DNA of 59,804 nucleotides, taken from positions 1 through 59,804 of the IMG/VR virus record IMGVR_UViG_3300046707_000232; one strand, 5' to 3'. Source of the stretch: a virus (lineage: Duplodnaviria > Caudoviricetes). Both the position numbers and the translations under genes were made by a program. The stretch's first letter is position 1, and every line of letters begins with the position of its first letter. Below the pieces are notes generated by a model, which saw only the letters and a list, made by a program, of their open reading frames with translations, did no database searches and was not told the origin of the DNA. Shown here piece after piece: positions 53,977-59,804 of this stretch.

Positions 53977-55154
53977 TCGCGTTCGCGGCCGACCGCGCGT
54001 AGCCAGTCGGTGAGGGCGTCGCGGAAGTCGGCGACCTCGCCGGCGTCGAGCTCGCTCTTGACGGTGCTCGTGTCGATCAGGCGCCCGGCGTGGTCGCTGA
54101 GCGACTGCCCGGGCGGGAGGCGCACGCCGATGAGCAGCCCGATCCGTTCGAGGCCGGTGCTCGTCCGCGCGGTGCGGACCTCGAGGCCGTCCGCTTCGAA
54201 GACGGGCTTCATCGACGGTAGGCGGGGCAGTCGGTGGAGTGGTGCCGGCTCCCGATCTGCGTGGCGCCGCACGTGCAGCCGTCCGGGGTGCGAGGTGGTC
54301 CCTGCGGACGGGTGTGGCGGGCGGGCGGCACGACGGGCTTCTGCCAGCCGGCATCGTCGTCACGGCGCTTGTGTGGCTTGGCGCGCTCGCTGACCGTCTC
54401 GCTCGGCGCCGCGTCGGCTTGGTCGTGGGTGACGTAGCGGCCGGTCACGGCGGACCGGAACCGCGTGATCCACCGGCGGATGCGCCTGGGCTTGGTCATC
54501 GTGCCTCCCAGGTGCCGGGTTGGAGGGCGTAGTCGTAGACGATGCCCTCGTGTGTGCCGAAGATCCGGGCGGCGATGAGGCCGCCGCGGTCGTCGCCGAC
54601 CGCGATGGTCTTGCCGTCGGCGAGGGTGTAGGCGACCGGCGCCTCTTCGGTCTGCTGCGTCTCCGGGTTCCAGCGCGGTTGCTTGCGGCCGTCGCCCTGG
54701 ACGAGGATGCCTTCGCTGACGAGAACGTCCTCGCGGAGCTCTTCGAGCGGTCTGCTCACCGTGTCCCCTTTCGTGCCTGCCGCTGCGCGCGGCGCTTCTT
54801 CTTGCGGGTCTTGGACGCGACGCGCGCGGCATCACGCCGCGCGGCGCGGTCCTGGCGGATCTCGTCCGCGGTCGGGAGCCGGCTGACCGGGCGCGACGCC
54901 GGCGCGGGGTCTTCGCGCCGCGGAGGCGCCGCGGCCGCGGCGGTCAGCACGCCGCGCATCTCACGGTCGGTCTTGTCGTCGACGCGATCGCCGTCGCGGT
55001 AGACGTGCCCGTCAACGCCGATCGTCCACACGCTGCCCCACCGCTCGACCTGCACCTCGCCGGCGTCGCCGTCTTCGCTCGCGGCGGTGTTGACCGGCTC
55101 GCGTCGCAGGTAGGACAGGTCGACGGCGCGCGGGTCGTTGAGCCCGCCGGTCAT
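53973..55154 (-). CDS. Four small coupled hypothetical genes (53973-54212, 54209-54499, 54496-54759, 54756-55154)
   Basis: Consecutive ATGA/GTGA overlaps. Confidence 0.5.
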
Positions 55155-55519
55155 CCCGCCGCGACCGCCTGGCGCGAGACGTACTCGACCGCTGCGGCGA
55201 GCAGCTCTTCGCTCGGCGGCGCGGCCGCGTCGGGGTCGACGACGTCGAAGAGGTGCTGCACGAACCCCGCGAGCGCGGCGGGCATCTCCTGCTCACGGAT
55301 CCACTTCGCGATCAGCCCATGCCGGTTGGTGACGCCCACCTTCGCGAGCGAGTGCGCGACGTGGTACTTGATCGTCTGCTCCGTCAGCCAGAGCTTCCGG
55401 CCGATCTCCTTGTTCGTGAAGCCGCGCACCACAAACAGCGTCACCTCGAGCTCGCGGGCGGTGAGGCCGTAGGGGCGATGCGCGTCGCTGACGTCTTCGA
55501 TCGACGGGATCTGAGTCAT
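55151..55519 (-). CDS. LuxR-type HTH regulator without receiver domain
   Basis: LTARELEV...G.TNKEIG..L.LTEQTIK.HV.....K.GV.NR. Confidence 0.85.
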   Translation of the reverse strand: MTQIPSIEDVSDAHRPYGLTARELEVTLFVVRGFTNKEIGRKLWLTEQTIKYHVAHSLAKVGVTNRHGLIAKWIREQEMPAALAGFVQHLFDVVDPDAAAPPSEELLAAAVEYVSRQAVAAG

Positions 55520-55860
55520 GCCCGAGGCTCGGGGTCGTAGGCGAACCGGACGGAGCTGTAGTCGGCGGCCATCCCTCGGAACGTCGTCGTCGCCTTCCCT
55601 GTGTTCGCGGGCCATTCCCGCTCGCGGTCGAGCCGCGCGGCGAGCGCAACGTCGCCGGCTGCGACGGCCTTCCGGACATCGCAGCCGCCTTCGGCTGTCC
55701 ATTGCTCACAGACCGGGCACCGGTTGAAACAGCCGCCGGCGTCGAGGGTGTAGGCGATGGGGTGGCGGCGGAGGAGCGCCTTGGTGTCTTCGGGCAGCGC
55801 GAGATCGCTGGCTGGGAGGTGGTAGGTGCCAGCCGGGACGCGATTCGGCGCGCGCAGCAT
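55516..55860 (-). CDS. Hypothetical protein
   Basis: TGATG overlap. Confidence 0.45.
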   Translation of the reverse strand: MLRAPNRVPAGTYHLPASDLALPEDTKALLRRHPIAYTLDAGGCFNRCPVCEQWTAEGGCDVRKAVAAGDVALAARLDREREWPANTGKATTTFRGMAADYSSVRFAYDPEPRA

Positions 55861-57752
55861 CACGATCTCGCCGGGCAATCGAATGGGCACGGCTCGCCGG
55901 AGGGCGCGCCGCACAGCCCGCACTCCTCACCCTGGTCCGGCTGGCGTGGGAGCTGCAGGCCGAGAGCGCGTTCGTAGCGGTCGAAGATGTGCGGCGGCGC
56001 GAGGCCCTTGCCGGCGAGGCGTTCCGCGACCGACGCGAGCAGCTCGAGGTACGCGGACACGTCAAGCGGCGCGCCCGGCTCAGCCGCGGTCGCGGCGCGC
56101 GGCTCGTTGGCCGCGGCGAGAACCTCGTCCGGGACGGGTGTGCCGATGACCGGCCCCTCGAGGACTGTCGGAGCCGCGGCACTTGCTTCCCGGGCGGCCC
56201 AGGCGCGGTCGATCTCGTCGACCGGGGCTTCGGCGTGCAGGCCGAGGATCCACCGTTGCCGCTGGATCGAGTCGGGGGCGCCGACGATCGTGGCGCGGCC
56301 TTCCTCGGTCTCAAGCCACCGGGTGTCGTAGCCGAGCGCTCGCAGGTCCGCGCACTCGGGGCACGCGCAGAGGCCGCCGCCGTCGTAGGACCGGCCGTCA
56401 GAGCAATCCGCGCCGCAATACCGGCACGCCGGGGGCTCCGCATCGCCGCCGGCGATGAACCGCGCAGCGCGCGCCCCCTCAGGCCCGTCCGCGTACGCGC
56501 GCCACGGGTCATCGCGCTCGACGGTGAACGTCTCGACCTTCTCACCCTGCTCAAGTGCGCCGGCCAGCGCGGCGAGCTGCTCAGCGTCGTCGGCGCGGAC
56601 CGCGGCGAGCGTCTGCTCGTATACCTCGCCGAACTCGATGATCGCCTTCGACAGCTCGGCGGCTTCCGCGCTTCCCGCGTCCCGCTCCTCCTCCTGCACT
56701 GCGGCCGCGGCGGCGCGGCCGACTTCAGCGCCGCGCTCGAGCAACTCGTCCGCCACGCCACCGGGGACGCTTGCCGCGGCCACCTCGCCACGCAGCCCAC
56801 CCTCGCCCGCCCGCCCGGCATCGACGACATCGCCGCCGAGCGCGGGCCGGGCCGCCGCCTCCTCCCCGGGCGCCGCAGGCGACGCCGCCCCCAACTCCAG
56901 GTACTGGGCGGGCTCGCTCTCGCCTTGGGCCACGCGCCAGAGCACCTCCGACCGGCCACGCGCCACCGGCCGCTCCCCACACCGCTCGACCCGCACCCGC
57001 CCCGCACGCTCCCGCTCGTGCGCCACCAAAACCTTAAACGCGCCCCGCCGCGTCGTCCCCACCACCCGCGCGACCTCACCAGCCGAAACACCCGACCCCG
57101 CCGCGACCTCCGCCAACACCCGACCCGTCAACCCACCAACCCCAACACCCACCGCCCCCACGGTCCGCCACTCCGCCACAGCCCGCGACCCGCCGTGATC
57201 CCGCACCAACCGACCCGACAACTCCACCCACCCCGCGCGACCCAACGCCACCAAATCCGCCTTCACCCGCGCCGCCGGCACCCCCAACTCCGCCGCCAAC
57301 AACGCCCACGACGCCGCCCCCAACCCCAACCGCGCCACGATCGCGCCACGCCGAGCCTCCACCCGACCCGCAACCGCCACCTCGCTCCCACCAGCCACCT
57401 CGACCCGGCGCGAAGCGCCAACCCCCTCAACAACATCCAACGCGCCCTCCGACACCGCATCCACCGTCCCCTCCACCTCCGGCAAACCAGCCCGACGCCG
57501 AGCCCGCGCACACCCCGCCCCAGTCGAATGCACAACCGACCCAGAATCAGCCGCATCACGCCGCCGCCACGCCTCCCCCGCAACCACCCCAACCCCACAC
57601 ACCCCACACACCAACACCGCCACGACAGCCACCTCCACATCAACAAGCCGCCGCACCCGCACCTCACCCGAAAACCCAGCACGACGAACAAACCGCCCAG
57701 ACGCAACCGCCTCCGCAGCAGCCGCATCCACACGATCCAAAGCCACACCCAT
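55860..57752 (-). CDS. Large hypothetical protein with wHTH-like repeats and zinc fingers
   Basis: 630 aa; LAAELGV....V...L..L...G.V; CRYC...CPEC; ATG preceded by the TAGGGTTGTAGG motif. Confidence 0.55.
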   Translation of the reverse strand: MGVALDRVDAAAAEAVASGRFVRRAGFSGEVRVRRLVDVEVAVVAVLVCGVCGVGVVAGEAWRRRDAADSGSVVHSTGAGCARARRRAGLPEVEGTVDAVSEGALDVVEGVGASRRVEVAGGSEVAVAGRVEARRGAIVARLGLGAASWALLAAELGVPAARVKADLVALGRAGWVELSGRLVRDHGGSRAVAEWRTVGAVGVGVGGLTGRVLAEVAAGSGVSAGEVARVVGTTRRGAFKVLVAHERERAGRVRVERCGERPVARGRSEVLWRVAQGESEPAQYLELGAASPAAPGEEAAARPALGGDVVDAGRAGEGGLRGEVAAASVPGGVADELLERGAEVGRAAAAAVQEEERDAGSAEAAELSKAIIEFGEVYEQTLAAVRADDAEQLAALAGALEQGEKVETFTVERDDPWRAYADGPEGARAARFIAGGDAEPPACRYCGADCSDGRSYDGGGLCACPECADLRALGYDTRWLETEEGRATIVGAPDSIQRQRWILGLHAEAPVDEIDRAWAAREASAAAPTVLEGPVIGTPVPDEVLAAANEPRAATAAEPGAPLDVSAYLELLASVAERLAGKGLAPPHIFDRYERALGLQLPRQPDQGEECGLCGAPSGEPCPFDCPARS

Positions 57753-57772
57753 ACACCTACAACCCTACAAGC
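57753..57772 (-). promoter_or_regulatory. CCTA-repeat promoter/operator copy
   Basis: cctacaaccctacaagc, identical core to the 38056 copy. Confidence 0.7.
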
Positions 57773-58020
57773 CACAAACGACAACCGCCCGACCACCCCC
57801 ACCCCACCGCGCGCGCCCCAGCCACCCGACACAACTCCCCAGCCGCAACCACCCAGCTACAAGCAAGCGCGCTCTGGGGTCGTTGCGATCTCAACGACCG
57901 TTCGGGCGATTCATCTGCGGCGGCCGCGTGCATGCACGTATGGCATGTCTGCATGCTCCGTTGTTCATGGTTCGTGATGCACGATCGACGATCCATGGTT
58001 CATAGAGCGTGGACTGAGAA

Positions 58021-58048
58021 GTACTACGTAATGCCTCTTATGTTGTAG
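58021..58048. other. dif/loxP-like recombination site GTACTACGTAA-TGCCTC-TTATGTTGTAG
   Basis: 11-bp arms matching 8/11 as an inverted repeat, 6-bp spacer, TAA-N6-TTATGT core, 15 bp upstream of the recombinase ATG. Confidence 0.7.
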
Positions 58049-58063
58049 ACTTATTAGGATCGT

Positions 58064-58990
58064 ATGGGTGTAGCGAACGAGGAGCGCATCGTGGGCATGG
58101 AGCTAGAGCAGGCACAGCACGCAGAGGTGCCCGCGGTGGAGAGCGCCGAAGGCCTCGTGGGTGCGTACCTGCTGCGCTACAAGGGCGCCACGAGGGACGC
58201 CTACGCGTGCGACCTGCGCCACTGGGATGCGTTCCTGCATGCCTGCGACGTAGAGCTGCTCCATGCGCACCGTGCCCACGTGGACGCCTACGCACGTGCA
58301 TGCGAGGAAAGCGGCCTGGCACCGAGCACCGTGGCGAGGCGCCTGTCCAGCATGGCCGGCCTCTACGCCTACGCCCTGGACGAGGGCCTCCTGGAGAGGA
58401 GCCCTGTGCGGGTGCGGCGCCCCAAGGTCAGTGACGAGTCGCCGCGCCTGGGCCTCGACAAGGGCGAGCTCGGCGCGCTACTCGAGCAGGCCGCGAAGTC
58501 CGGGCTCCGCGATCACGCCCTGGTGGAGCTGCTCGCCCTCAATGGCCTCCGGATCAGCGAGGCGCTCGGCGCGGATATCGAGGACCTCGGCACCGAGCGT
58601 GGGCACCGGACGCTGCAGCTGCGCCGCAAGGGCGGCAAGCGCGCGCTAGCGGCGCTGTCACCCCGCGCCGCGGCCGCCGTCGACGCGCTCGTCGGCGACC
58701 GCCAGGAAGGCCCCATCTTCACGACCCGCACCGGGAAGCGGCTCGACAGGCAAGCCGCGTGGAAGACCGTCCGGCGCCTCGCCGCCGCGGCCGGCATCAC
58801 GAAGGCGGTCAGCCCCCACTCGTTCCGGCACGGCTTCGTCACCGCGGCGCTCGACGCCGGCGTGCCGCTACGCGACGTCCAAGACGCCGCTGGCCACGCC
58901 GACCCGCGCACCACGCGCCGCTACGACCGCGCACGCCACAACCTCGACAGGCACGCCACGTACGCCGTCGCGAGCTACCTCGCGCAGTAA
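58064..58990 (+). CDS. Tyrosine recombinase (Xer/Cre-like, no obvious arm-binding domain)
   Basis: GLRISE, KG.K, HSFRH, GHADPRTT.RY; SAM-like N-terminal domain. Confidence 0.95.
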   Translation: MGVANEERIVGMELEQAQHAEVPAVESAEGLVGAYLLRYKGATRDAYACDLRHWDAFLHACDVELLHAHRAHVDAYARACEESGLAPSTVARRLSSMAGLYAYALDEGLLERSPVRVRRPKVSDESPRLGLDKGELGALLEQAAKSGLRDHALVELLALNGLRISEALGADIEDLGTERGHRTLQLRRKGGKRALAALSPRAAAAVDALVGDRQEGPIFTTRTGKRLDRQAAWKTVRRLAAAAGITKAVSPHSFRHGFVTAALDAGVPLRDVQDAAGHADPRTTRRYDRARHNLDRHATYAVASYLAQ

Positions 58991-59121
58991 ATACCGCGCC
59001 CAGCGGCGGCGAAACGTAATGCTACGTGGGCTAGATCCCCCGGCCGGTCGCAGCGTCGGCATAGCCCTGAGTCGAGCGGCGCCACCGTTCCCAGCGAGGC
59101 CGACCGGGGCCACCAAGTAGA

Positions 59122-59478
59122 TCACGCGGCCACGACAGGCTCACGGCCCACCGCGTCGATCGCCGCGCGCAACGCCGGCGTCGCCCGCGGCCGCCGCGAC
59201 CCCACGTACTCCGGCAACGCCCGCTGCAACAACCCCAACGCATCATCGACCGAGCGCGCCGGCGCGTCCGCGTCCTGAGCGTCCAGGCAGTCGTAGAGCA
59301 GCTCGACCGCGCGCACCGCACGCCGCCACGACTGATACGTCGCGTCCTCCGTCAACGGCCCCATCACCACCGAGGGGTCCGAGATCGCCGGCACCGGCCC
59401 GCGCGGCCCCCTCACCGCGGCGGCCGGAATTTCCGCTGCGGGCCTCCTCGGAGTTATTTGGTTTGGGGTTGTCGGCAT
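59122..59478 (-). CDS. Hypothetical protein
   Basis: 118-aa ORF convergent on the recombinase. Confidence 0.4.
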   Translation of the reverse strand: MPTTPNQITPRRPAAEIPAAAVRGPRGPVPAISDPSVVMGPLTEDATYQSWRRAVRAVELLYDCLDAQDADAPARSVDDALGLLQRALPEYVGSRRPRATPALRAAIDAVGREPVVAA

Positions 59479-59804
59479 TCGTGGGTGGCGGTTCTGGTGG
59501 TTGTTGGAGGGTGGCGTTTTTGTTGTGGGTGTGTCTACTTGTTGGGTGCGAGGGGTTATTGCGGTGGTTGGCGGTTATTTGTTGGGCGGTATTTTGTTGT
59601 TGCGGTGGTTGGTGGGCATGGGTGATGCTGGTGTTGTTGGCGGTCGCGTGCTTCAGGCGCGATGTCGAATCCGTTTCGGTAGTAGGCGAGGCCTCCCGTT
59701 GGTAGCCCGGTGGGGGTGGGTACGTGAAGCCGAGGGCCGAGTGCTCCTGTTGGGGGTTAGAGGGTTGTTCTTGGGCTGCTTGTTTTGGGGGTTTGGGGGT
59801 CGCG

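Larger units (their letters stand above)
1..59804. mobile_element. Temperate phage / prophage or phage-plasmid (partial; extends beyond the left edge)
   Basis: Terminase, portal, prohead protease, major capsid and tyrosine recombinase genes; dense co-oriented minus-strand small genes with ATGA/GTGA overlaps; no host housekeeping operon. Confidence 0.95.

Noticed and set aside
57076-57832. Gly/Trp/Arg-rich alternative ORFs (57076-57309, 57263-57832) and 59463-59705
   Set aside because: By-products of the G/T strand skew
1371-57977. Many long plus-strand ORFs (e.g. 1371-2636, 7694-9349, 10992-12515, 24036-25649, 55989-57977)
   Set aside because: They are antisense shadows of well-supported minus-strand genes in stop-poor high-GC DNA, with no recognisable motifs
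1-59804. tRNA, rRNA, IS transposase, reverse transcriptase/DGR
   Set aside because: No cloverleaf, DDE or RT motifs and no TR/VR pair seen by eye; a covariance-model search could still find small RNAs

Overview
The window is almost entirely one high-GC temperate phage or phage-plasmid, transcribed mostly on the minus strand. Host-like proteins (PVNTxLPAISG Ig module, mIHF homologue, ArsR- and IrrE-like families) suggest an actinobacterial host, probably Thermoleophilia/Solirubrobacterales (inference). From right to left it contains: a Xer/Cre-like tyrosine recombinase with a dif-like 11-6-11 site (58.0-59.0 kb); about 28 kb of small early genes (LuxR, HAD, DUF5131, HerA-like ATPase, KTSC, RusA-like, mIHF, radical SAM, C5 DNA methyltransferase, MazG); packaging and head genes (putative TerS, split TerL, portal, MuF-like, prohead protease/scaffold, decoration protein, Mu gpT-like capsid); then membrane and virion proteins running off the left edge. 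The most striking feature is the large terminase, split into separate ATPase and nuclease genes. Between them lies a 502-aa gene that looks like a capsid-packaged, protease-processed anti-defence polyprotein: LAEA-repeat propeptide, 2H phosphoesterase (Acb1-like), probable Tad3-like domain and RyR-repeat-like domain. T4 gp21-type hydrophobic-X-Glu sites lie at its domain boundaries and recur in the capsid, scaffold, portal and a 964-aa modular head protein. Other signals are a dispersed CCTA 8-bp-period promoter/operator, an exact 22-bp late-promoter repeat, a frameshifted ECF sigma factor and abrupt strand-skew switches. All family assignments are by eye and from memory; no database searches were run.
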